A stretch of DNA of 63,703 nt, filler included, from Choristocarpus tenellus KU-1152 (lineage: Eukaryota > Protista > Phaeophyceae): the NCBI GenBank assembly GCA_964200185.2. It is 10 parts of 10 records of this genome, joined end to end, with 100 filler letters (N's around TTAATTAATTAA, not from the genome) between each part and the next. Parts side by side here need not be neighbours in the genome. Positions count along the whole stretch, not along the records: positions 28,322 to 34,427 come from CAXNAD020008922.1; positions 34,528 to 40,747 come from CAXNAD020008653.1; positions 40,848 to 46,599 come from CAXNAD020009843.1; 7 more parts are not named here. One strand, written 5' to 3'. A program made the translations under genes and the position numbers. Every line of letters begins with the position of its first letter. Position 1 is the first letter of the stretch. Shown here in pieces: positions 28,710 through 42,052 of this stretch. A model generated the notes under the pieces. The model had not been told where the DNA came from, searched no databases, and saw nothing but the letters and a program-made list of their open reading frames with translations.

Positions 28710-31081
28710 GTACACTGCAGAGATGGTGAAGCTGGAAGCCAGTCTATCGGAGATGGAGCGTGAGATCACTAGGGTAGAGGCAGCACACAGCAGGGAACGC
28801 AGGGATCTCCTAAATAGAGTGGCGTCTGCATCGGCTGATGGAGAGAGGTTCCGAAACAGAACCATCCTGCTGCAGGAGGAGGTGTGTGGGTTTTGCTACT
28901 CTGTATGTATTGTCTATGAAAAATGAGCCGATCTGATTCAATGTGTGTGAAATCAATCGTACATCTCCACCCTGGTTGTTTGACCAATCAGATCGATTAG
29001 TACTCCGAAGTGTGCATGTTGATTGGATTGCAGGCTCTCGAAGACAAGACCTGTTGTTGTTGTGTGTTTGACAGAATGTGATTCGAATGAACTTTTCGAG
29101 TCTCTCCAGGTGTTACTGAGGGATCAATAGCCCCCCGACTTGAACTGACTTGAAGATGTTTCATCTGGATCTTTTCATCAACGTAGTGGGCCGATCACAA
29201 CGCATCCCCTGCTTCCTGTCCTTGGGCGTGTTGATGTTGTGACAGGTGATCAAATCTCGGGCTAGAGAATCTGCACTACGTGATGACAATACTCGCCTTA
29301 GCCAACAAACTAGTAGGCTTAGAACTACTAGTTTAGCAGGTACCACAGTCCAGGTACCTGATAGGGTTGAGGTACCTGATAGGGTTGAGGACAGGTCCAG
29401 GTACGGGGCCAATTCCTCAGAGATTGTGGCGCTGCAGCTAGAAAACAGCATGCTCAAGGAAAAGGTAGAGCTCCTTGAGGAGGCTGCAGGTGCAGTCCCC
29501 GGTGGTATGGACACGGGAACTACAGTCCAGACCAAGGTGGAACCTGAGGTTGTGGTCCCAGACGGTACCAGCTCAGGGATAGCAGTTCTCACCGAGGTTG
29601 TTGGAGTGGCTGGTACTGGAGATATTCCTGCACTGCGGCAGGGGGAGATTCCCGAGGCAGGTGTCGTCGGGGGGGCTAGCCATGCTGAGGGAGTGAATGC
29701 TGGAGAGGGAGTGGATGCACAGGAGGTTTTGGAGATGAGGGAGAGGGAGAGGGAGAGGGCATGCATGGAGGGGCTGATACGTGGACTGAGGGAAGAGATC
29801 TCCAGTCTAGGGATAGAGCTCGAGGCAGCGAAAGCTGGTGCGGATGCACGTACAAGTGCTGCGGACGGTGAGTACTTTTATTTTTTATTTTATTTTATTT
29901 TATTTTTTATTTTTGAGAGTGTTTGCTGCGTGCGTGCGTGCGTTTGTTGTTGTTTGTTTATTGGGTTGTTTTTTTCTTTTAGAAGATTTGATTTTGATGC
30001 TTGGGTAAAAATAGTGTTAGGGTTGCCATATGTCTCTATCCCCTTTTCCATCTCACCCCTCCTCACCTCTTGATTCTACGATGTCAGCACCTGTTTGTCT
30101 AATGAGTTTTAAAGAAAGAAAAAAAAGAAGAAGCCTTTTAACTATTTTGTTTAGTTTTTCTGTTCGACTGCGGTGCAGTAGGTGCATGTGCATTTGGAAG
30201 GCGTTTGTTCTAGCTCTTTTGTGCTCTTCGTGGCTGGGGATAACCCGATGCTCGGCACAGGGGTCTCAAGTTACAAAGATTGGAATACCAATGTGTACTG
30301 CCTCATAGGACACATGTACAAGAGATCAGATCGCCACAGAGCTAACATCCACTGTTGGTGGTGCCACCGCTGCAATTCTGTGGCGAGTACTACACTGACT
30401 CTCTTTTCATAGTAGTAGTCCCTCCTCCGACTCCCCAAAGATTGGGAGCAGTCTGGTCATGAACCACTGGTGGCCTTGCCAAAGTGACCCTTTAGTCTCC
30501 TTGATGTGGCTGCATCCTAGCTTGTTGCCTGAAGTCGCATGGACAACTAAGAGAGTTTAAGCTCTACCCAGAGTGTATTTAGTTGGGTGAGAGATACGCC
30601 AATTTAAGTCCTTTGTCTTTTTATTTTTTTTAATCTCACAAGCGAATCGTTACGGCCTGATCTTAAATCAAACTGTTTTACTGCCAGTGGCTCTGCTCAA
30701 CATGCTGTTGCAGCAAGCAAACCTTAGCTCAAACTGTATAAGTTTGTTTTCAAATGCTGTGTACTGTTATGCTGTGGTGATAACCCAAAGCATTTAAAGG
30801 GGGGGGGGTACGGCTGAATCTGTTTGGGGTCACAAATCCAATGTTGGTGATTTTGATGTAATTTTGGCTATATATATATATATATCATGTTTTGTTAGCA
30901 AGTGTTAATATCTCCTTTGCTCCAGGCACACCTTTCATAGCCGTATACCTTTAAGGGTAAAATAAAAGTAATGTTCACAAAAAATAATAAAAAAAAGGGC
31001 ATAGAAAACAAACCCCTTGGGAAGCCCCAAAATGGATACATGGGACAAGAAAACACTCCTACCCCCCTTACATGCTTTTGG

Positions 31082-31116
<35 letters not shown>

Positions 31117-31582
31117 CTTATAGACATCTACAGCGGGATTGATAAGAGAGTGCTTGATAAGAGAGTCAACGCTTGATACGCCTGTCCATACCCCGTCAAA
31201 AGTTCATCTCGGTGAGAATGCTCACGAGGGATCATTGGATCACATTCACACCCTTTGGCGAGGCTCCACAATCTGCCCACCAACATCGCCTTCCCATGTT
31301 CTGTTGGTGTTGTTGTGGGTTGTTTGAGGTGTGGTAGGCTGTGCACATGGGGGTGATATCGTGAAGTTTAGGAGTAAGTCTTGGAAATCCACTTGTGTGG
31401 TATTTTAACCTTTTATTTATTTATTTATTTTTGCTCAGTGTATCTCCCGCTCTGTCCTTTGGCCTCATGGCAAGATTGTTCAGCAGGCTGTTGACTTTAG
31501 AGCGGCATGAGGATGGCCTCCCCCTCGTTGTTGTTGTTGTTGAAAGCAGAGTTATCAATATCTAGTTATCAATATCAACTTA

Positions 31583-31622
<40 letters not shown>

Positions 31623-32895
31623 TGGGCTGTATATTTAGCGTCAGTCTACCGCAGTAATGTCTCTCTTATTTTGAGATGGTAGACTTAGGGTTAGGGTTAG
31701 GATTAGGGTTAGGGTTAGGTGCGAGGCTATCGTCACTCGCCAGGAAAAGATGTGTTGTTGAGTGATCAGACTTGGCCATTGTATGATGCACCAAAGGTGT
31801 TGGGAGGGGGACGGACCCCTCAGAATGTCCTCAATGAAACAGATGTTACCGTACAAATGTTACCGTACCAGATGTTACCATACAAATGCACCCGAATGTT
31901 TTAGGTTCATACAGCACGTTTTGTCAGTTACATTGCCAGTTACATTGTCAGTTACGAAGTGGTGGGTGTATGCTCTTCGTATTCCTTACGATCGACCCCT
32001 CTACAAAGGAGCTTCCACCCATGCAGTTACAAGCTGTGTTGTGGTGTATCATCCTCTCAGTTGCACTGTATCATAGGATTAGGGTTAGGGTTATCATGGT
32101 ATTCAACACATCTATAGGTACTGAGTGATGTGTTGAGTTGTCAGTGTTGTCAGGGTCCCTATTTCTTCCTTGTGGTTTAGGTGTTTTGAGTACTGTGGAA
32201 TGGCGATATTAGCTAGTGATGTTCTAGTTAATTAGTTAACCACCCTCTCTAGAGGTGGTTAGGTACATCCCAGGTGTGACGGCAGGGGGGTATATTGGAC
32301 AAGGTCCGAAATGGCTTTCGAACTCAGAAGGCTCCCCCTCCTAAATGTTTTTTGATGAAGTATCCCAAGACAAAGTGTGGTGTTCAACAGCGTCAAGCGT
32401 GTGCAAAACTCGATCGATGTTGTAATATTTGATGGTTTTGGATATAATTGATCTTGTACCTTTTCAAATATTTTGGGAGTCTGTCAAGGCCTGCCGGCAC
32501 GGTACCTTGGTGTACCTTAAGTGGTGTACCTTGGTGTGCCTTAAGTGTATTTGGGATCATAGTGTCTATCGTTGGGCTGTTCAGTCTGGTTACCCTCCCC
32601 CCTGCCTTGCTGGTTTACGCACGACAAGATGTGTGTGTGTGTGTTTTGTAAGATAACTTAATTTTTTCTATTTTCTATTTACGAAAAGGGAGAGTTATTA
32701 TTATTATTATTATTATTATTAGGGTTAGGGTTAGGGTTATTAAAAGGATGACAAATGTGCTTTTTCTGGTGGTGCAGGGCTTGAGGTGATGAATAGTCGG
32801 ATGAGAGTTGATCTACACCGAGCTAAGGAGGTGATGAAGAGTCACATGAGGGAGCTGAGAGATGCTGTGGAAGAAGCTGAGGTCAAGTCCAAGGG
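28710..32895 (+). CDS. Coiled-coil protein of unknown function, internal fragment; exons 28710-28881, 29246-29867, 32778-32895
   Basis: Phase-consistent GT-AG junctions and heptad-like E/R/L-rich segments (LEASLSEMEREITR; LQLENSMLKEKVELLEE). Confidence 0.75.
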
Positions 32896-35249
32896 GTGAG
32901 TGCTGATAGTGTGTTTCTTTTTATTTTATTTGGAGGAGACAGTCTTGCATCGCTTCTTTCTTTTTAATTTTCCATAAATGTGAAGTACTCTCTCTCTCTC
33001 ACACACACATACACACACACGTATATGAATGATTTATTTTTTATTAGTACTATTATTTTTTTGTTTTGGTTCATGTTTGATTTATTTATTATTACTACTA
33101 TTATTTTTTTTGTTTCAGTCATACCCTAACCCTATGTGTGTTGATTTGTTTTTATTTTTTCTAAATTTGATTTTAAAAAAATTATTGGAATTTTATCGGT
33201 CATGAGGCACCAGTGTACTACAGAGCGATTATCTAAGAATAAGGGTGAAAATATCAATCCAATACTAAGAATAGGGCTGCAAATTTGACAGGCTGACATC
33301 TCCCCCCCCCCATCCCCAATAAAAAAAAGGGGCTAGTGGAAAATACCATTGAATTGACTGGTTGGGGCTGTTGACGTCTTTGTGGTACTGAGAAAAACAT
33401 GTGATGCTTATGAAATAAAGTATTGGAAATATAACGTAGCTTTTCTTTCGTTCTCCCTTTTTATTTTTTAGCTTATTGAAATGATAATCTGGACCAATTG
33501 TCCCCACAATACTATCAATAAAAAAAATGAACCCCAGGTAGAAGAGGAGAGGCGTATGTATGAAAATACTTTTTAAGCATCCACCGCCTTCCTTGTCGTG
33601 ATAGGTACTAATATTTATCTATTTTATTGAATGTGGTAGTGAGAGACAAACCATGACCATATATCTCTAAAAGATGATTGGATGTTTCAAATGTAGAGGG
33701 AATTTTCTTCATCTGAGCACCCCCTTCGTGTTTCACCCCTGAACCAAAAATCCAAAAGGAAAATCGCCCTAAAATAAATAAAAATTCATTGAGCTGGACT
33801 ATCTTACAGTGCTCCATCAAGCCCCGAATGGACCACATGCCCTAACCCTAACCCTAAATGTCCCCCCGTCCCCCCCCTCTAAGATACTACGGGTTTGTTT
33901 TTTGCTGAAGAGTAGTTGATTAAGACTTAGGGTTAGGGTTAGGGTTAGATCTATTGTCGCCTCACTCGCAGTCAATGGTGTTACTCTTTTTTGTATTTTT
34001 TTCCTATCGATGAGTAACACTGTTTATTTATTGTTCTGGAATCGCTGCAGTTTTTTAATTAAAAAAAGAAAAAAAAAAGAGTCAATTTTAGTTTCCCTGA
34101 AAAAAAAAATCTGCTGCAAATATTTGTGTGTGAAAAAATTATTTGAGGTGCACAAAAGACCACAACCATTTTTTTGCCCATTGCTCACATTTCCTTTCTT
34201 TTATTTTATTTTATTTTATTTTCTAATAATTTTCCAACTCCACCCGTTCCCCCCCCTCCCCCCCCCCTCCCCCCCCTCCTGTGTTGAGAACTTACTACGA
34301 ACAAGTTTATACTACACTCATGTACTTTAATTTTTTAAGACACCACCTTCATGACCTCTTTCAATGTGTCTCTTCTAATCTAATTGTACACTAAAACACC
34401 AAGGTTGGGGGGGGGGGGGTGGGGTGGNNNNNNNNNNNNNNNNNNNNNNNNNNNNNNNNNNNNNNNNNNNNTTAATTAATTAANNNNNNNNNNNNNNNNN
34501 NNNNNNNNNNNNNNNNNNNNNNNNNNNAGCAACCAGACCGTAGGATCCCCGTCAAAGCCCAGTACAGTGTGCACCAGGGCGCAGAACATGAATAAGGTCC
34601 CCCCCCTCTCTCTACAACTCCCCCTCCACCTATTGCTTTACAGTGTCTGCTCAACTGCAAGCGCCTCTGCTGCCAGCCCTCTTTGACCTCTTGTGTCTCT
34701 TATTGCTCACCTAGAGACTACTTTTGGGGTGCAGCAATAACTCCTGATTGGTTTTGATTGGTTTTCAGTATCAAAATCGCCCTGGAAAGGTTTCTACATC
34801 TGGTCTCTTCTCTCTGAGAAACAAGTATGGTCTCCCTCAATGTCCTTGTGCGACCTCTAAAAAATCGGAGAACTATCAGGACCTGCAAAAAGGCCCCCAG
34901 TTTTCATGCAAATACCAATATTTAAAACTTGAAGATAGGTGTCAAGTGTAATATCGACTTAATGCTCACATCACAAGGCTCTACCCTAGTTGTCGTGGCA
35001 GAAATAAACATCATATACAGGATGAGATAATTGCAATTACAAATGACCAATTGAACAAGAAAAAAATGCAAAAAATGAAATAAAATAAAATAAAAAACAC
35101 TAGAAAACAAGAAAAAAATATTGGAGTGGTACCTCCCTCCAAAAACTAGTACTCCCTGGGGTTGTGAAGACCAAACACTATTGTTTCTGGCAGGCTAGTA
35201 CTCCACCTCCTGGACCAATGAAGGCCTGAGAATTTAGGACATTTTTTGC

Positions 35250-35960
35250 ATACATTGTCACTAAGCTCTCTTTAAGTTTGGTGCAAAACAAATCGGTACA
35301 CCCCAAGCTCTAGGTTCTTCCTTGTACCCTGCAGGAGTGCCAAATGCCCATCTTCCTGTGCCAAGTTCCACTCCCAGAGACATGGAGGCATACAATACCA
35401 GTCATAAACATCCGTTTTGACACGTGTGACTTGCCTATGTGGTGCCTCTCCAAGCCTGAGGTAAATCCTTTTTCTGGTCGGAATCCAGGTCAAATATGGT
35501 ATCAAATATGCGTCTGGTACACTCTCCCAGGATACTGTTCAAGACCAAGGCCACCCAATCGACCTAGTGCTTGATGAGTCTTCAATATTGTTTGATCCCT
35601 GTCTCTTTGGTGTATCTCCTTTATCTTCCAGTCAGTGTCAATATCCAAGGTCCTTGATACTACCCTCATGAACCTCCTTGGTATATCTCCTTTATCTTCC
35701 AGTCAGTGACATTATCCAAGGTCCTTGATGCTACCCTCACCAACCAAGCCAACTTCGTTGTGGCAATTTGTGATCAACCGACTCAAAAGACCTTGCCACA
35801 GGCCTTGCCCATCCAACAGTACAATCCAACAGCAACACCCCGCTTGTGTACGGAGATGTCTTTCATCCTTTCCAACTGCAGAAAGTTTGGTCTTCATTGG
35901 TGCAGCCAATGAAGACAACTTGAAATTCTACTGTATTGCCATCACTCTCCTCAGTAGCAA
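35250..35960 (-). mobile_element. Possible decayed LTR-retrotransposon gag fragment
   Basis: VFIGCTNEDQTFCSW (F.G....F..W pattern) and a downstream IFD...QAW segment, with several stops. Confidence 0.3.
35607..35739. repeat. Tandem duplication, 71-bp period, about 1.9 copies
   Basis: TTGGT(G/A)TATCTCCTTTATCTTCCAGTCAGTG starts at 35607 and 35678. Confidence 0.9.
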
Positions 35961-37042
35961 GGCAACCAAGTGCGATCGTATGGTTTGACGATTCAGACAC
36001 GATTTCACACCCTGCAGCAAGGTGCTCTACCTTTATCAACGCCATTCTAGAGGCGCCAAACTCTCAGAAGTTGCTTAGGGACTTGCGAAAAACCTGTCAA
36101 TTTTTACTTTTAGTAACTTTTCCATCCAATCCTTTATACCACCCAACATGAGTGCACGCATCCCATGAAAAAAAAAAAGCTGGGTATTCCAACTACATTA
36201 CCAGATGGGGTACATACATTGCATTTTCTTTTGAAGAAAAAGGAAGTCAGTACAATAGTGTAACCACATCCTTAACTTAAAAAAAAAGTCTGTGCACTAG
36301 TCTAATGGCACAACAGTTTAATTTTTCTTATGAACTGCAGGTGATTACAATAGGACCATTACATATTTCAATTGGTTAATAGAAACAAGGTTAGAAGTAA
36401 TCAATTAATTAATTACATGGTACAAACACTATTGATCTTACAGTACTCTCTTATCGCCACTTGGTCAGAAAATGAAATTTCTATTGTGTAAAAAAACAAA
36501 ACAATAAGGGGTATGCAAGTTTAGAGCATTTTTCATTCTGAGACATCTTTCTTACCCTGTGCAATAAAATCATTCTATTCCATTGCTTGATGCCCACAAT
36601 AGAGTGGACAAAATCTATGTTCCCCCTTTCCACACACAAAGTGACATCACAATTAGGCAAAGACTCTTCCCCCTATCGTACAAAATGGCACTTCTTCTTA
36701 CTGTTTCTTAGTATCCTTAAAATGCAACCCTGCCTACCTCTCAGTTGGCTTTACTCAAACTTGTGCAGGGTGGGGACTAGAATAGGACAGATAATTAAGA
36801 GGATGGAAAACATGGGTTTTCCTACCAAGAGTCATCAACTCTAACAAGCCCACACGTGAAAGCACTGAACACATCAATGTACATTAATAACACACACATA
36901 AACATCTTCAAAACAACACGACCACACAGAAGTCACCAAGTCAACGGGTAAGACTATGGGATTGGTACAGTACTTGGAGAAACCATTGAACCAAGGACAG
37001 TTAGGGGTAGGTGGGGGAGGGGGCACTGAGAATCAAACACAC

Positions 37043-40000
37043 CGTCTGGAGGTGGCCCTAGCGGATCATGCACTGCCTGATAGGCCATATACATGAAGAG
37101 CGGGCTTTCATCAAACGGGTCCTTTCCCATCAAAATCTGTACAAGGGAAGGATATGTAAATATTTTGGAAATGCCAATATGTTAAGGTTAGTATGGGAGA
37201 GAGATAGGGCTAGGGAGAAGGAAAACTGAGGGGTCCAGACTGGGGGACATAAAATGGAAGGGGAAAAAAACGAACCAAATTTGGGTCTTACATGCACAAC
37301 AACAGGCACTACCAGAGCAATTTCAAGGATTCACCACAAAAACTATTCAACTGCTACTTACCTATTGGAATCTGAACAAAAATCGAGTAATAATCCTGTT
37401 AGCAGCAACCTATGATTCTCATTTTTTCGTTCTTGGTGCCCATTAAAAGGAAAGGCCATACAGCTTGAATGCATCTTCTATCTCCCGAAAACCTCATTTT
37501 TTCATGTGGACACCACGACCTAAGGTAGGTCTACCTACATCTAACATGCAAATCAGAAGAAAAATCCTCAAAATTTCCAAAAGCAATATTTTTGTAACGC
37601 ATGCAACTCAAAAGAGAGATTAAAAAATGATCACCTCTATGCGTACAAGAACAATAAATAGGAACAATAAATAGGAACAATAAATAGGAACAATAAAACG
37701 TTCGAAAATGAGCATACCAATTCAGAACAATACACGTAACAGTAATAAAACCATTCAGGTGCAAAAACCCCTCAAACACACACATAAAGAATACACCCCA
37801 TACAAAAAGAACACACTCCTCCACCTCCTTGACCCCCTTCCCCTCCATTACCTCCTCTGCACGTTCACTGAAGACATCAGTGGAGTACCGCCCAATGTAA
37901 TTGCTGTACTTTTGGGGGACTTCATCACCATCCTCACGCAAGGTTATGTCCTTGTACCCAGTTTTGTCCCCAAAGCCAAAGTCAAAGAACTTCCTTCCAT
38001 TGAGTGTAGCTGTGTAGCTCTTCAAACAATCCATCCATACATACATACATCCAACCACCCCACCAGAGTGAAGGGTTAGGGTTAGTGTCAGGTCGATTGA
38101 CTCAGCAAGAAAGAATTGAATGTCTACCCGGAAATTGCTCTTACTATTTGTCAAGTATATCTTGCACATAATCTTGATTGCCAAAGAAACACATGGATAT
38201 AATATACTTGATTACCTTATATTAAAAAAAATATAGTAACGTGTTTGAGTGTTCACTGAGGTTAGGGTTGGGGTTTTAGGGTTAGACTGATAAAGTGCCG
38301 AAAGCATAGTCACTTTGTTCAAGGAACAATCACTTTACAAGTAGAATGGCTAAGGCTAGGAGGGTCAGGAGCTACAACGCTTCAACAGTGGCAGGCTGGT
38401 GTACCAAGGCTCGAGGTTAGGGTTAGGGTTCACTTCCCAAGCACCTAGAAGATACATTTAGACTAACCCTAATCCTAATCCTAATCCTAATCCACCAACG
38501 CCCACTGTGTAACCTATCAAGCATACTAATATCAAACCTTCTGTCCAAGAGGTCACAATCATACCAACAGTGAGTGTATCATTCCTTATGTGACTGGCAA
38601 ATAGGGATCAAGTCTCATCAAAACATCCACATCGCACATTACATCACATCACACCACATCAAGTATACATGAAAAGAAGTAACAACAATATACATGAAAA
38701 GAAGTAACAACAATACATGACAAGAAGTAACAAGCACATATACTGCAATTTCAAATCCCCAATACCAACTCGGGTTTCCAATGAAAATTCAGAAGGCGTT
38801 GCCATTCCTCTGCATGACTTCTTTCTAGATCTTAGCAGAGCAGATAACACCACCCAGAACTTCTCACTCATCATAAAAAATGTATAAATTGAGTTGACCT
38901 TTCCATCCCAGCTTGTTCTGGATCATGTTGAAATAGTAGACTATAATAGTCTGGTTGAGATGCTATGCACTGCAACAATCTGTCATCCTACCTGGTGTGT
39001 CCAGTAGTCTTCCTCGTCATTAAGGTATCCCACAAAGGTATCAAAGCCCCGGTTGTAGGGAGTGTAGTCATCATCATAGGACCCCAGGTGCCACTTACCC
39101 ACCATGTGACTTATATACCCTGCATCATTGAAGTACTCAGGCATGATCTGAGTCAGAGTGGGGGAAAAAAACCCAACACATTGATAAATATAATTTTAAA
39201 AACGAGTGCTGCATTAAAGTTATGGTTTGGGTCCTCTAGACTAGACAACAACAACCAAAAACATGAAATTGTACCTCTGCTTGTGGAAGACACTCTGCCA
39301 GAACTAGATGCAACGAGCAGGTCCATGCCTCCAGAGAAATTACTTTTTATTTTTGAGGTTCTTCAAAGAAAGTACGGCTATTAAAATACCAAGTAACAAA
39401 AGACTCTATGCTTAACACAGCACCTTGAGTCTTACTAATCATGACCATAAAATGACATTTCTAGTCCTTTCCCACGCACACAAACAAGAGGTGCCCTTTC
39501 TGTCAACTCAAGCAATATAACATCGAGAACTCCCCATCCATAACCCTAACCCTACATGCACAAACTCCATAGGCATGTACCATGAAACTACCCTAATCCT
39601 TCACTACATAGATACTAATAGTAGAGATCGCTACAGGAAATGTGGTGATATATATAACTAGAGTCATACTGCCCCTCGACCTTTCCACCCCTGAACATAG
39701 TTTGAAGCGATCAGCAAGTACCTATGTTTTCGTCAAAATACTTAATACATGTATTTGCAGGGAGATATCAGACAGTTGGGATCGAGTGATGTAGGGTGCA
39801 CTAATGACCACAACACCTACCCAGAAAAAGATAATGTGGGGAGGAGGGACACCATAGAGATGCACGCCTAGCAAGTGTGTGAAAAAACCCAAACAGAGCT
39901 TCTGCCCAACCCTCGAAAAGTGAAAAGCAGTCCTGGCCCAAAGCAAAACATTCTACCCGGTACAGAACCTGTTTATGAATAGATACCTCTAGCTTCTCAT

Positions 40001-40332
40001 TTCCACAGCATCTCACATTTCTCACCACCGCATGGCTACAGAGCACAACGCATGGCTACAGAGCACAACCAACACCCCCACATCACACAGAAGGGTGGTA
40101 GGTTCTGTACCCATAGCTAGCAAGTCTAGCCTCTTGACTGCAGAATCAAAAGTTGCCTTCGACACGCACCCCTCAACAGACAAACCATACAGACCTTTTC
40201 CCACAATGGCAATCCCCATGTAGCCGCAGGTTGAATGACATTATACTGCAATCCATATCGGACAGGATAGCGGCCGGTCATGAGGGCTGACCTAGCTGGT
40301 GTACACAGGTGCATGCTGTAGTAGTTGGTCAG
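37043..40332 (-). CDS. Formylglycine-dependent (S1) sulfatase, arylsulfatase B/I/J-like, internal fragment; exons 40332-40195, 39147-38992, 38019-37852, 37136-37043
   Basis: CTPARSALMTGRY (CxPxR motif), GYISHMVGKWHLG, RGFDTFVGY, YSTDVF and PLFMYMAYQAVHDP. Confidence 0.93.
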
Positions 40333-40339
40333 CTGGGGG

Positions 40340-40389
40340 GTTATGGTTAGGGTCAGGGTTATGGTTAGGGTCAGGGTTAGGGTTAGGTT
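40340..40389. repeat. Interstitial telomere-like (TTAGGG)n tract; similar tracts near 18860, 24085, 31686, 32075, 32720, 33838, 33926, 38072, 38260, 38415, 51113, 55535 and 58529
   Basis: Directly visible short perfect or degenerate arrays, mostly intronic. Confidence 0.9.
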
Positions 40390-40553
40390 CACATTTGCAA
40401 TTGACATGGTGACCAAAATATGTCCTGTGTGAGACCACTCTTAATTTATGATAAGCAGAAATAGTGTCGTCTTAGGATGGCAAGCGTTAAACAATCAGGG
40501 AGAGGAGGGGGGTGGGGAGTTGAAGCAAGAATGCCTTGTGAGACTGATATAGA

Positions 40554-40737
40554 GGCCCAAAGTATCTGGGGGGGTGCTGGTGGCTGTCCATTTAGGATCC
40601 ATTTTGCCATGTTGTGATTTTTGGGTGATTTGGTTGCATGCATCAGACAGATAATGTAAGTGCACCTCTCCTGGTCAGGGCCCAAATAGACACCCTGGTG
40701 TAGACCCCCCCCCCACCCCCCCCAGATACTTTGAGTC
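40554..40737. mobile_element. MITE, 184 bp, AGA target-site duplication
   Basis: AGA|GGCCCAAAGTATCTGGGG...CCCCAGATACTTTGAGTC|AGA. Confidence 0.88.
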
Positions 40738-40847
40738 AGAGATCTACNNNNNNNNNNNNNNNNNNNNNNNNNNNNNNNNNNNNNNNNNNNNTTAATTAAT
40801 TAANNNNNNNNNNNNNNNNNNNNNNNNNNNNNNNNNNNNNNNNNNNN

Positions 40848-40900
40848 CCCCACCCCCCCAGATACTTTGAACCCTTGGTACCTCGCGCCTACTTTGATTC
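40848..40900. mobile_element. Two abutting or nested MITE termini at a scaffold start
   Basis: CCCCAGATACTTTGAACC is followed immediately by CTTGGTACCTCGCGCCTACTTTGATTC, an end of the 44790 type. Confidence 0.6.
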
Positions 40901-42052
40901 AAAGCGCACAAAAATATTTGTCTCGGTGAAATTTCCCTATACTGAGAGTTTTCAAGTTTTTCGCATTTGAAGAATAGTGTGACCCTGACTCAGGCGTGAG
41001 GCATATTCCTCAGCTCGTTCACAGATCCCATGTTGCTTGAACAGTCAGCTAAGGGAGGGGATTGGGCAGAACATACATACTTGAATATAATATGTTACTA
41101 TTGATACAAAATAAATGTGGGTATTGATACTTTTAAAAAGATCATTCATAGGGTCGACATTATAGATCTACCAAATCGGAAGGGTGGGCATAGTCTATAA
41201 ACACCAAAGGTTTCAGATTGATCACTATAATGGGAAAAATTGGACTTTTCTTTTGTCAAACAGAAGCAGTTAAAGACTTCCACTTAGCTTTTCCCACTTC
41301 AACATGGAATACCAACTACTTCAAAGTATAAAAAAACATAGTCGGAACTTCCAAGTGTATAAATTTCGGATATATATATATATATATTGGTCATGTCTCC
41401 TTTGTTTTGGCTCTATACCATGCTTGAAAACTGCATGGAGATAATTCCTACTTACCCATTAATATTGATGTGATTATTGGTTGGGTCATGATGTCGCCTA
41501 AATCTATAATGGACACCTCCAATAAAGTCTCAAGACCAACCCTTACGGCCTATTCTTGGATCAATGGGTCATATCACACTAGAAGGTCGAACATAGGACA
41601 CATAATTATCCATTGTCCTGTTCAACTCCCCTACATAACAGGGTGAAAGAAATTTGACAATTCCGATCAATTTATTTATTTATTGCTTTCCCTGCAGGTG
41701 CTTGAAAAAAAAGCTATCTCTTGGCAAATTTCGTAGATCTCTTCATCACATCAGCTCGTTAATGTTACGTTGGAAAGTGGACCGGCAGGGAATACATTGT
41801 TACCCCATAAGAATTTTCTTTCAATAGTTACAAAAAAACATCCATCACCAACCATGAAATCATTGCAACAGGAGTGCATCCCATCCTATACTCACTCCAT
41901 TTCCTTAACTGAGTTCTTTCCAAATCTCTGTTTGTGTTGGGAAGTGCTCTACAAACTTATTAGAGCATATTTATTGTAATACATTACATGTGACGGAATT
42001 TAGTAGGATCTAGTATGATACAGTACACTCCATTCTGTTCTTGTCACTTTGC

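Noticed and set aside
31686-31718. True telomere
   Set aside because: It is a short internal tract within an intron, not at a scaffold end.
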